This document shows positions 8,087 to 16,054 of a stretch of 35,462 nt of DNA, piece by piece. The notes beneath the pieces are model-generated. The model saw only the letters and a program-made list of their open reading frames with translations, had not been told where the DNA came from and made no database searches. The DNA is from a virus. A program made the position numbers and the translations under genes. The stretch is taken from the IMG/VR virus record IMGVR_UViG_3300045988_071887; one strand, written 5' to 3'. Positions within the stretch are counted from its first letter, which is position 1; every line of letters begins with the position of its first letter.

Positions 8087-9472
8087 ATGATAAGATATTT
8101 TGATACGGAGGCGGCTTACCTTGCCGCCGTGCAAGACGCTGAGAGTCGGGTCTCCCTCGTCGGAGAGAGCAACGCGTGCAAGTTCGACGGGCGCAACGTC
8201 ATTGTCGGAATTGACTCTGCCACGACTGGCAGCATAGCATACCTCGACGACAATAAGGCTCTCCGCTTTGTCGCCACCAGCACGTTCAACAAAGACAAGT
8301 TTCCGGCAAGTTATGAAATCGTAGGTGTGACGGCCATAGGCGTGGACCATCCGGACTTCAGAGGCGAAGTGGGTGTGATGCATTACAATTTTATTCACAA
8401 AGCGTTGCTAACTCGATATACCTACAAGCTATCGGGTTATACGCTTGACGGAGCAGAACATAGCGGAGTGTTAAGCATCAGAAGCGCTTCTGATAATTGG
8501 GCGGCAAACAAAGACTACACGATAGTATATAAAGCAGACAATATTGTCGCTCTAATATCGCAGCTCAACGATTATTTCAAGTCAAACGAGCCGTTCATCG
8601 CGCAAGACTGGGTAGCGATAGCGGACACAAATGATGACGTTCTTCTGCACTTTAACTACACAACTTGGCAACAGACTTCGAACAATACGGCGAAGTCGGG
8701 GTTTACAATTGCGGCAAAGACTGCTCCTCAATGGGTTCCTGTGGCAGGAATACTTAAAATGAATGGAGAAAGAAGTAATAATGCGATCATGAATATGCCG
8801 CGAGCATTGGCATACTTCAGAAAAGACACATCTGTTTCGTCTTATAATCCGACCATAGACGTTTCTGCGACAAATTTGAAATTTCCGATATGCCTGCCTG
8901 GTTATCTCGGAACGTCAAAATACCAAAGCGACCACTGCGCATACTTGAGAGGAATCTACGGAGAGGGCGAGGAAGGATGGCTCAAGTTTATGCAGAGCTT
9001 TCTTCCTGTTTTTCCGCAGGAGTATGGGGTGTTTAACGACAGGACAGCAGGAACAGCAAAACAGAACACCTACTATCTTGCAAACCTCAAGTTTACAGGA
9101 CAAGACGGCGTGGAAAAGTATGCCAGTCCAGCTGCGAGATTTGTGGTGGAACTTGGTTTTGAACACGAGCGGCTCAAGCATGGCGAATGGGTAATTCCGA
9201 AAATGTCGCAAGTATTCAGCGTTATCTGTCAGTTGCAGTACCCTGCGACGTCGGACAACAATTACGCGGACAAAATCAATGCAGCCCTCGCGGCAATAGG
9301 CGCACCTGCACTAAGCAATGGTGTCAATATTTGGTCTAGTGACAGGTCAGACGATAAAGATGCTTTGTTTTTTAATGGCACAGGAGGTTTTGCTAACGAC
9401 AACAACGTTTATAACACGTACCTGTCTTTTGCCATAGCGTTTTTGCCGCGTCAGCGCAATGATAATGTTTAA
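8087..9472 (+). CDS. Putative receptor-binding protein with DUF1566/Lcl-C-like C-terminal region (tentative)
   Basis: 461 aa, and the last large ORF before the lysis genes. The C-terminal pattern GEWVIPKMSQVFSVICQL...INAALAAIG...IWSSDRSDD...FFNGTGGF resembles the DUF1566 pattern W.LP...EL....in....yWSS. A sharp GC drop occurs inside the gene near 8390. Confidence 0.45.
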   Translation: MIRYFDTEAAYLAAVQDAESRVSLVGESNACKFDGRNVIVGIDSATTGSIAYLDDNKALRFVATSTFNKDKFPASYEIVGVTAIGVDHPDFRGEVGVMHYNFIHKALLTRYTYKLSGYTLDGAEHSGVLSIRSASDNWAANKDYTIVYKADNIVALISQLNDYFKSNEPFIAQDWVAIADTNDDVLLHFNYTTWQQTSNNTAKSGFTIAAKTAPQWVPVAGILKMNGERSNNAIMNMPRALAYFRKDTSVSSYNPTIDVSATNLKFPICLPGYLGTSKYQSDHCAYLRGIYGEGEEGWLKFMQSFLPVFPQEYGVFNDRTAGTAKQNTYYLANLKFTGQDGVEKYASPAARFVVELGFEHERLKHGEWVIPKMSQVFSVICQLQYPATSDNNYADKINAALAAIGAPALSNGVNIWSSDRSDDKDALFFNGTGGFANDNNVYNTYLSFAIAFLPRQRNDNV

Positions 9473-9490
9473 TTCTGAAAACCACACGAT

Positions 9491-9742
9491 ATGACAAGAC
9501 AAGAAATCGAGGGCAAAAAGAATGTCCTGTTCTCCCTTATTTTGGACAGGGAAGCGAAGCTTAGGGAAACCGACTATGTTGCCGCCAAGATTGCAGAGGG
9601 AGCAGCTACTCCGGAGGAGTATGCCGAGATCCTCGTAAAGAGACAGCAGGAACGGGAGGATATCAATGCCGCACAGGCAGAACTGGAGAAACTTGACAAG
9701 GAAGAACCGGAAGACAAGGAGGAGAGAGTATGGATGAGATAA
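9491..9742 (+). CDS. Small acidic protein, possibly tail-fiber-assembly-like (weak)
   Basis: 83 aa. The motif DYVAAKIAEGAATPEEYAEILVKRQQEREDIN loosely resembles the C-terminal motif of tail fiber assembly chaperones. It overlaps the holin start by 13 nt. Confidence 0.3.
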   Translation: MTRQEIEGKKNVLFSLILDREAKLRETDYVAAKIAEGAATPEEYAEILVKRQQEREDINAAQAELEKLDKEEPEDKEERVWMR

Positions 9743-10197
9743 TCACAACACTGAATCTCCCTGACGGAATGTGCAGGGGGATTATGATAGCCTTCATGCT
9801 CTGCGTGCTCGTTTGCGCGGCGGCGTTGATTGACATGTGGACAGGCATAGACGCGGCGAAGGCGAATAAGGAAAAGATTATGAGCCACGGATTGCGTAAG
9901 ACTGTGAGGAAGATTATAGACTATCTGAGGATAGTGTACTTTTTCCTGTTGATTGACATCTTGGGCGCTGTGTTCGTATGGTACAACCTGCCGTACTGCG
10001 CGATTCTTGCGACGCTGGGCGTACTTCTCATTGAAGGGCGCTCCGTCATTGAGAACTCGCGGAAGAAGCAGAGCGCGGCTGGCAGAGTGGTGGATGCTGT
10101 TCAGGAGATTATCTCGTGCGTGGACAGCGAAAAGGCTCAAAGGATTATCGAGATGATCAAGGAAGAGCCGAAGCACGGCATCGGAAAAAAGGAGTAA
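9730..10197 (+). CDS. Holin (Phage_holin_4_1-like)
   Basis: 155 aa with 3 hydrophobic segments. It has the DMWTGIDAAKANKEKIMSHGLRKT motif (D..TG...A.....S.G..K) and lies immediately upstream of the endolysin. Confidence 0.75.
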   Translation: MDEIITTLNLPDGMCRGIMIAFMLCVLVCAAALIDMWTGIDAAKANKEKIMSHGLRKTVRKIIDYLRIVYFFLLIDILGAVFVWYNLPYCAILATLGVLLIEGRSVIENSRKKQSAAGRVVDAVQEIISCVDSEKAQRIIEMIKEEPKHGIGKKE

Positions 10198-10202
10198 GTG
10201 AG

Positions 10203-10835
10203 ATGGAGATTACATGTGACACATTGCGGAAGATATATCCGCAGTCGAAGAGCATTGCAAGATATTGCGAAGCTCTGCACCAAGCCATGCAGGAATGCGG
10301 CATCGACACGGCTGCAAGGGCGCGTGCATTCCTTGCGCAAATAGGGCACGAATCGGCGCAACTCAATCGCGTCGAGGAGAACCTGAACTACTCCGCGCAG
10401 GCATTGCGGAAGGTCTTTCCCAAGTATTTCCGCACTCCGCAGGAGGCCAGCTCATACGCGCATCATCCGGAAAGGATTGCCAACCGCGTCTATGCCGGAC
10501 GCATGGGCAATGGTGGAGAAGAGAGCGGTGACGGGTGGAAGTTCAGAGGACGCGGGCTGATTCAGATTACAGGGCGCGACAACTACGTGTCCATGTCGGC
10601 GCTGATGGGAAAGGACTTGACGATTTGGCCTGATGCTCTGCTGATGCCTCTGGATGCGTGTCGCTCTGCTGCTTTATGGTGGAAGGCAAACGGCCTGAAC
10701 GCATTGGCGGACAAGCTGGCGACGGACGAGCGCAAGACGTTCGAAGCGATTACAAGGCGCGTTAACGGAGGGTTGAGCGGACTAGAGGACAGGTGGGCGA
10801 TTTACCAAAGGGCGAAAAATAGTATTGTAGTCTAA
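10203..10835 (+). CDS. Endolysin, glycoside hydrolase family 19 (chitinase-like)
   Basis: 210 aa from ATG 10203. The motifs FLAQIGHESAQLNRVEENLNYS, YAGRMGNG, WKFRGRGLIQITGRDNY and RRVNGG are GH19 hallmarks. Confidence 0.85.
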   Translation: MEITCDTLRKIYPQSKSIARYCEALHQAMQECGIDTAARARAFLAQIGHESAQLNRVEENLNYSAQALRKVFPKYFRTPQEASSYAHHPERIANRVYAGRMGNGGEESGDGWKFRGRGLIQITGRDNYVSMSALMGKDLTIWPDALLMPLDACRSAALWWKANGLNALADKLATDERKTFEAITRRVNGGLSGLEDRWAIYQRAKNSIVV

Positions 10836-10848
10836 TTGTAGTATAGGA

Positions 10849-11256
10849 ATGAAACGAATAATATTATTAGGCCTTGCTGTTTTGTTGCTCTGCTCGTGCG
10901 GAGCAACAAGAGTGCAGACGCAAACTATCTACGTGCGCGATACTACCTACGTCAGCAAGGTGCAGGTAGATTCGGTTTTTAGGCGAGATTCAGTCTTTGT
11001 CAAAGAAAAGAACGACACCATCTACATCTATAAGGAGAAGGTGCGCGACAGGTATCGCCTGCTGCGTGACACTATTTACCAGCACAAGGTAGATTCAGTC
11101 TATATCGACAAGGAACGCGTGGTCAAGGTTGAGAGACAACTGACGGCTTGGCAGCGGTTTAAGATGCGCGGATTCTGGGCATTATTAGCAGCTATGGCGT
11201 GTTGGATAGTTTGGAAGAATAAGGCGCGGATTTTAGCCTTAATATTGCGGAGATAG
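10849..11256 (+). CDS. Unimolecular spanin-like lipoprotein (u-spanin candidate)
   Basis: 135 aa. It has an N-terminal signal with a lipobox-like LLLCS|CG, a beta-rich repetitive middle (DSVF/DTIY motifs) and a C-terminal TM segment GFWALLAAMACWIVW followed by a basic tail. It directly follows the endolysin. Confidence 0.6.
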   Translation: MKRIILLGLAVLLLCSCGATRVQTQTIYVRDTTYVSKVQVDSVFRRDSVFVKEKNDTIYIYKEKVRDRYRLLRDTIYQHKVDSVYIDKERVVKVERQLTAWQRFKMRGFWALLAAMACWIVWKNKARILALILRR

Positions 11257-11330
11257 ACACTATAAGGGCAAAAAAATGCCCCTGACTTGCAACTGCAAGA
11301 TTCTAATAAGTAACCAGCTCAATAAGAAAA

Positions 11331-11385
11331 CCCACAGGCACATTTACAGGGGCAAAGTTAAATGCCTCATGTTTGTGCTTGTGGG
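11331..11385 (+). terminator. Long hairpin downstream of the lysis cassette (putative terminator or small structured RNA)
   Basis: cccacaggcaca (11331-42) pairs with tgtgcttgtggg (11374-85): 12 bp with one G-U pair. An inner stem forms as ggca-aagttaaa-tgcc. The hairpin is followed by ttatgtgg. Confidence 0.35.
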
Positions 11386-11446
11386 TTATGTGGTATCTTA
11401 TCAAGTCTGGCTGGGGCGAAAGTTAAACAAAAAAAATTAAAAACGT

Positions 11447-11737
11447 ATGAAAAAATCGGAAATTTTCGCCGCAATTCTTTCAGACGTCTCCTCGGAGGCG
11501 GAAATAGAGAGTGACCGGATATTGTCTTCGGAGCGCAAAGAAGAAGTCGTGGACGCGCGCTATCTTGTCATTTTCCTGCTTGTAGGAAATGGCTTTTACC
11601 CTGCTATGATAGCAGAGAGGATGCACATGTCACAACGCGCCGTCAGAAGCGCAATATCGGGATTCGAGACACGCCTTGCAAACTCTGCGGGGTTGCGTCT
11701 TGTCTGCGAGCGGCTGTCTCAGAAGTGGCTTGCATAA
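11447..11737 (+). CDS. DnaA domain-IV-like HTH protein
   Basis: 96 aa. RKEEVVDARYLVIFLLVGNGFYPAMIAERMHMSQRAVRSAISGFETRL matches the DnaA C-terminal pattern R...v.aR.iamyL......s...Ia......s.V..a. Confidence 0.55.
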   Translation: MKKSEIFAAILSDVSSEAEIESDRILSSERKEEVVDARYLVIFLLVGNGFYPAMIAERMHMSQRAVRSAISGFETRLANSAGLRLVCERLSQKWLA

Positions 11738-11884
11738 ACAGGGAAACAACGCGGAAGCAATAGGCGCGAAACACGGAGCTAACTGCCTGAATATTAGCGA
11801 TGATATTGATATGTTTGTAGCACGATGTACACGTGCCAAGACCGCCGAAGGCAGAAGAGGCGGATAACACTAAACCAACATATT

Positions 11885-12706
11885 ATGTCAGAAATGGTTG
11901 ACAAAATCTATTGTTGCGATAGAGGTAACAATGATATTCTTGCTGCCGCGATGCTCGGAAAGCGCGACACGGATCCGATGGCAATGATGGCCGCAATGAA
12001 CGGCGGAGCGAACAACTGGATGAACAATCCGTGGATGTACCTTATTTTCCTCGCGCTGTTCGGCGGGAACGGCTTCGGTTTCGGAAATAGAGGCCTCCAG
12101 GGCACGGAAATTCAAAGTCAGATCGATTCGCTGCGCAATCAGATGGCCGACAATCACAACAGCGACCTGCTGATGTCGGCAATCAAGGGCAATGACAATG
12201 CCATCTCCACACTTGCGGCAAGTCTCAACTGCGACTTCAACCAGTTGCAGGGAGGAATCTGCGCGGTTCGCTCTGCTATCGAGCAGGTCGGCGGACAGGT
12301 AGGATTCTCGGCGGAGCGCGTTATCAATGCCGTGAATATGGGTGACTGCAACGTCATTCAGGCAATCAAGGACTGCTGCTGCAACACACAGCAGAGCATC
12401 CTCAAAATGGGCTACGAGAACCAGCTTGGGCAGAAAGACATCGAGAACAGGATGCAATCAAGCTTCGACTTCGTGAACAGGAGTGTAGAGCGCGGATTTT
12501 CCGGCATTGGCTTCCAGATGCAACAGGACAAGTGCGATATTGTACGTTCTGGTCAGGACAACACGCAAAGGATTATTGATACCCTCAATAGTCACTGGCA
12601 GGCAGACCTCCAGCAGAGGTACAATGACGCACGTCTCGAACTCTCACAGCAGAGGCAGAATGCGGAACTCATTGCGGCTCTCAAACCAGCGGCAACAACG
12701 GCCTAA
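11885..12706 (+). CDS. Membrane-anchored Cys-rich coiled-coil protein, function unknown
   Basis: 273 aa from ATG 11885. It has one TM segment (NPWMYLIFLALFGGNGFGFG) followed by ~200 aa of helical, Q/N-rich sequence with 8 Cys, including DCCCN. Confidence 0.6.
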   Translation: MSEMVDKIYCCDRGNNDILAAAMLGKRDTDPMAMMAAMNGGANNWMNNPWMYLIFLALFGGNGFGFGNRGLQGTEIQSQIDSLRNQMADNHNSDLLMSAIKGNDNAISTLAASLNCDFNQLQGGICAVRSAIEQVGGQVGFSAERVINAVNMGDCNVIQAIKDCCCNTQQSILKMGYENQLGQKDIENRMQSSFDFVNRSVERGFSGIGFQMQQDKCDIVRSGQDNTQRIIDTLNSHWQADLQQRYNDARLELSQQRQNAELIAALKPAATTA

Positions 12707-12766
12707 AAGTCTATGTTTCACAGAGTGGAGGGTGGCAAACGCCCTCCGCTCATAATTTAATCGCGT

Positions 12767-13240
12767 ATGTATTTCAAGGACTTGAAACAAAACTATCCAG
12801 TGTTCATCCTCGACAAGCAGGACTTGACGCTGATACAAGGCAAGGTCGTATCCGCAGGCTTCCCGCGGATGGAGATGAACCCGGCTGCAGGGAAGTCGGG
12901 AATGGTCGTGGATGTCTCCATCGAGGCAGACGGCAAGACTGCCAATTATGTCATACCTGAGAGCCTTTCGGTCACGTATGCCGGCAATCTCGTCCTCTCG
13001 GTTGACAGGCAAGGACTCGCCGGAGAAGTCGAGTCAATGAAAGCGGCGGCAGAACAGGCGATCGCCTCGGTCGAGCAGCAGAAGCGGATTCTGGAAAAAT
13101 CCACATCGCTGCTCGCGGAACTGAATCCGGCCTTCAGGGAAAAGCAGGAGACGGAGCAGCGCTTCGGCAAGATTGAAGCGACGATGGGCGAACTCAAGGA
13201 CATGCTTTCAAGGCTGGTGAACCAGCCGAGCAAAATGTAA
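12767..13240 (+). CDS. Hypothetical protein (N-terminal beta domain + C-terminal coiled coil)
   Basis: 157-aa clean ORF with coding-like composition. No motif was recognised. Confidence 0.6.
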   Translation: MYFKDLKQNYPVFILDKQDLTLIQGKVVSAGFPRMEMNPAAGKSGMVVDVSIEADGKTANYVIPESLSVTYAGNLVLSVDRQGLAGEVESMKAAAEQAIASVEQQKRILEKSTSLLAELNPAFREKQETEQRFGKIEATMGELKDMLSRLVNQPSKM

Positions 13241-13261
13241 CAATTCTAAATTAGCAAGATT

Positions 13262-13738
13262 ATGGACACGAATATAATTGCGGGCAGGTTCATGGATCTC
13301 CTCCGCGAAAGGATAGACACTGAAACAGGGCAGGCAATCATCCTGAAGCTCATCGAGACGATGGATGCGGAATCGGCAAGCGCCATCGCTGACGAATGCG
13401 AGGACTTCGTCAGATATCGCGAATACCTGTCAGAGGACGAAGCGAGTCGCGTTGTCCGAAACTTTGTAAACTTCGACGGCTCCAGGGGCGGTCATTGGGA
13501 CGAAGCGGATGAACTATTCAAGGCCCTGGACGCCCTCGGAATCAGGTACGAGAAGGATGACGAGTATAATCGGTGGGCGTTTTTCACGGTCATGAACATG
13601 GTGTGGTCCGATGAATGGGGTGTACTGCGAAATTATGCGAACCCGGAACAAGAAGCCCGCGTATGTGCGGAATTGGCAGTCGCCAGGCTCGAAGACGCGG
13701 ACGAAGGGTTCTCAGTCAGACGATACTTCCGAGTATAG
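13262..13738 (+). CDS. Acidic hypothetical protein
   Basis: 158 aa. The motifs LSEDEASRVVRNFVNFDGSRGGHWDEADELF and FFTVMNMVWSDEWG recur in a phage protein family of unknown function, as recalled from memory. Confidence 0.55.
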   Translation: MDTNIIAGRFMDLLRERIDTETGQAIILKLIETMDAESASAIADECEDFVRYREYLSEDEASRVVRNFVNFDGSRGGHWDEADELFKALDALGIRYEKDDEYNRWAFFTVMNMVWSDEWGVLRNYANPEQEARVCAELAVARLEDADEGFSVRRYFRV

Positions 13739-13754
13739 ACAAATGACGGCTATC

Positions 13755-14984
13755 TTATTGGATGCTTGACCAGTCAAAGAGGTCGAGCACCTTTTCATTT
13801 GCCTTCCACATGACTTGCCAATCTTTAGCAATGTAGATATCCGTCACTCTCATGCTGCTGTCAACGTGACACAGACAATCATTGATGACGGCCTTTTCGA
13901 CGCCCGCCGAATAGGCGAGAGTCGCCCAGGTATGCCGGGCGCTGTAAAAAGTCATCGGCTCGTCAATTTCCAGGACTTTTGCAGCAGCCCGCAGCCCCCT
14001 GGATATGACCGCGCCTGCTGTCCCGTATGTATAACGTAGGTAAATGGCGAATGCCCTCCTTCCTGTCTTGTCCTTCAGGCGCTCATATAGCGCTTCTATT
14101 CGCTCATCTATCCGCACCTTCATCTCTGCGTCATCGCTTCGCCTGTCGCGCGTTTTCTGGCGATTGTAAGTGATTATCTTTTCCTTGTCCGGAGCAGCAC
14201 ATGTGTACATGTCTGCCGCATTCATTCCCATCAGCGCGAATGACATCAGGAAGTGCGACACTGCGAATATAGCGCTTGGATCCGTCAGTACCGGAAGCGC
14301 ATCGATAAGCTTCTGGACAGCCTCGCGGCTGATATTCCTATGAGCTGCCTGTTGTTCCCGAGGTGCACGATAGTAGGCGAATGGGTTGCGAATCTTGATG
14401 TCTCCTGTTTCCTCATTATTATACATAGCCCTAGCCTGCCCGTGTATATACGCGATGGCCGAGGGGTAGGCGCTTATAGCTCTTGCTTTGTCCCCGCCAC
14501 TAATCCCGCGCAGATGCTGCTCGAATGCCCGCATGAGTGACGAGCTTAATTCCGCGATGTCGAGACGGTCTTTGCCCACGAACTTCCGGAAAGCATTAAC
14601 CGCAGTGCGATAATACCACTGGGTGTTCACGATCCTCTTGCCATTAATAACTGATTCCGCAAACTCAAAAAAATCGAGCCGAAATCCATTATGGTCGTCT
14701 CGCATGTGCGCAAGAATGTCGTCCGGCGACATTTTAGAGATTGTAAACGGGTCGAGCGCCGCCACCGACCTGCGCATGTCGGCCATGAGCCGGTCCAGCT
14801 GGTCAAGAACTGATCTGTCTTTGATTTTCATCCCTTTTGTCAACTGCGAAGCTGTCACGGCGATTGTCGTGGAAATGAAGCGAGACTTCCTGTTAGCAGT
14901 CATTCTGATTCTGACGGGATATGTTCCGTCAAGCCGTCGGTATTGCTCATAAACAACCGGCTTGAATGTAATCGAGGCTCCCAT
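13755..14984 (-). CDS. int: Tyrosine site-specific integrase (Bacteroidota phage/CTn type)
   Basis: 409 aa from ATG 14984. The C-terminal catalytic region is ...FYSARHTWATLAYSAG...CLCHVDSSMRVTDIYI (R, HxxR, H, Y). The N-terminal arm-binding-like domain is ITFKPVVYEQYRRLDGTYPVRIRMTANRKSRFISTTI. Confidence 0.9.
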   Translation of the reverse strand: MGASITFKPVVYEQYRRLDGTYPVRIRMTANRKSRFISTTIAVTASQLTKGMKIKDRSVLDQLDRLMADMRRSVAALDPFTISKMSPDDILAHMRDDHNGFRLDFFEFAESVINGKRIVNTQWYYRTAVNAFRKFVGKDRLDIAELSSSLMRAFEQHLRGISGGDKARAISAYPSAIAYIHGQARAMYNNEETGDIKIRNPFAYYRAPREQQAAHRNISREAVQKLIDALPVLTDPSAIFAVSHFLMSFALMGMNAADMYTCAAPDKEKIITYNRQKTRDRRSDDAEMKVRIDERIEALYERLKDKTGRRAFAIYLRYTYGTAGAVISRGLRAAAKVLEIDEPMTFYSARHTWATLAYSAGVEKAVINDCLCHVDSSMRVTDIYIAKDWQVMWKANEKVLDLFDWSSIQ

Positions 14985-15009
14985 AGCTTTTTTTTGTTTT
15001 CTGCGAAAG

Positions 15010-15027
15010 TACAACAATATTACAACA
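15010..15027. repeat. 18-bp direct repeat copy 1 (candidate integrase arm-type site)
   Basis: tacaacaatattacaaca is identical to 15215..15232 and lies just upstream of the int start codon. Confidence 0.6.
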
Positions 15028-15214
15028 TTGTCAATACGTTTGTAAGAGAAAAACGCCAGCAAATGGGAACACCATCGCCCATAATATTATGCGTGTGCTA
15101 TATTGTAGCTATCTATATGGCATTTTTAAGGTTTATGAAGTATGTTCATAACGTGACAATAGAATTAAATCATTGTAAGTCTGCATTTTACGTTAATCTC
15201 TATTTCCGAAAAAT

Positions 15215-15232
15215 TACAACAATATTACAACA
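15215..15232. repeat. 18-bp direct repeat copy 2 (candidate integrase arm-type site)
   Basis: tacaacaatattacaaca is identical to 15010..15027. Confidence 0.6.
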
Positions 15233-15250
15233 ACGGCGATTTTCAATGAA

Positions 15251-15281
15251 AAAGAGGCAGCAGATGAGCCGCCGCCTCTTT
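15251..15281. terminator. Bidirectional intrinsic terminator-like hairpin
   Basis: aaagaggc-(15 nt)-gcctcttt forms an 8-bp stem. T-runs lie on both sides: tgcgttttta on the plus strand and ttttcattgaaaa on the minus strand. It sits between the DUF4468-like gene and int. Confidence 0.55.
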
Positions 15282-15296
15282 GCGTTTTTACGACTT

Positions 15297-15353
15297 GATT
15301 AGATCTAGATATAGACGTCCAAAAGTCAGGAGTCTAAAGATCTGAATCTAACG
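15297..15353. repeat. 57-bp imperfect direct repeat, copy A (relic of the 3' end of the 15469..16047 gene)
   Basis: About 84% identical to 15432..15488. The minus strand reads ...ITLDSDL-stop, compared with ...AALDSDF-stop in copy B. Confidence 0.75.
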
Positions 15354-15431
15354 TAATCGTTTCTCTTGAGAATGTCATCTAATAGATTTCCATCCACTCC
15401 TCGGCAATGTACATGTCGCGTTTTGCAACTT

Positions 15432-15488
15432 AATTAGATTAGACATAGACGGCCAAAAATCAGGTATTCTAAAAATCTGAATCTAGCG
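15432..15488. repeat. 57-bp imperfect direct repeat, copy B (overlaps the stop codon of the 15469..16047 gene)
   Basis: Aligns with 15297..15353. The longest identical block is atctgaatcta. Confidence 0.75.
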
Positions 15489-16047
15489 CAGCAGACTTCT
15501 TCTGCCTCATCAGAAAAATCGAGGTGAAGGTGTAGTCAAGAATTGCGGCGGCATTTGATGCGAAAAAGGCTGCCTTTATCTTGCCGTTCTTGCGAAGGAA
15601 GGTGTCAATGCTGGTCTTTTCGCCAGGCGTGATGCCTGACGCAAATACTCCACCCATCGAAACACCCATCAAGCTCGTGCCTATGAATCCAATATCTATC
15701 AGCGTCACTCTGTATCTGCCCTCCTTCCATTGCAAAACAAAATTAGCCGCAAGATTTGAATTCGACACGAGCATGTTAGCTGACATGTAGCCGTAACCAG
15801 CTCCCTTTATATCAGCAGCAACAGGGATTAGCGAGCCTTCAATATCGCTTTCTTTTATGACCACTTTTTCAAATGCAGTTGATAATTTTGCGACGTCACA
15901 TATTTCTGCAAAATCCCTAGAGTCTTGAAATACCCGTTGCCAAATAATTTTGCCGTCCGCGACTGAAAAATTATAGTCATTGTCATTCTGCGCAAAACAA
16001 AAGAACGGGGCGAATGAGCATAATAGTGTTAGAACCAGTTTATACAT
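15469..16047 (-). CDS. Secreted protein, DUF4468-like (tentative), AT-rich cargo gene
   Basis: 192 aa with the signal peptide MYKLVLTLLCSFAPFFCFAQ. The pattern ADGKIIWQRVFQ...NFVLQWKEGRYRVTLIDIGF resembles DUF4468. It is visibly AT-rich compared with the phage backbone. Confidence 0.55.
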   Translation of the reverse strand: MYKLVLTLLCSFAPFFCFAQNDNDYNFSVADGKIIWQRVFQDSRDFAEICDVAKLSTAFEKVVIKESDIEGSLIPVAADIKGAGYGYMSANMLVSNSNLAANFVLQWKEGRYRVTLIDIGFIGTSLMGVSMGGVFASGITPGEKTSIDTFLRKNGKIKAAFFASNAAAILDYTFTSIFLMRQKKSAALDSDF

Positions 16048-16054
16048 AATAATA

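Noticed and set aside
7492-9472. Diversity-generating retroelement target in the fiber genes.
   Set aside because: No reverse transcriptase ORF is present anywhere in the genome, and I found no template/variable repeat pair with adenine-specific differences.
14943-15302. 119-aa plus-strand ORF in the int-upstream/att region.
   Set aside because: It is AT-rich and low-complexity. It spans the int start, the 18-bp repeats and the terminator hairpin, with no plausible start context. The region is interpreted as regulatory/att DNA.
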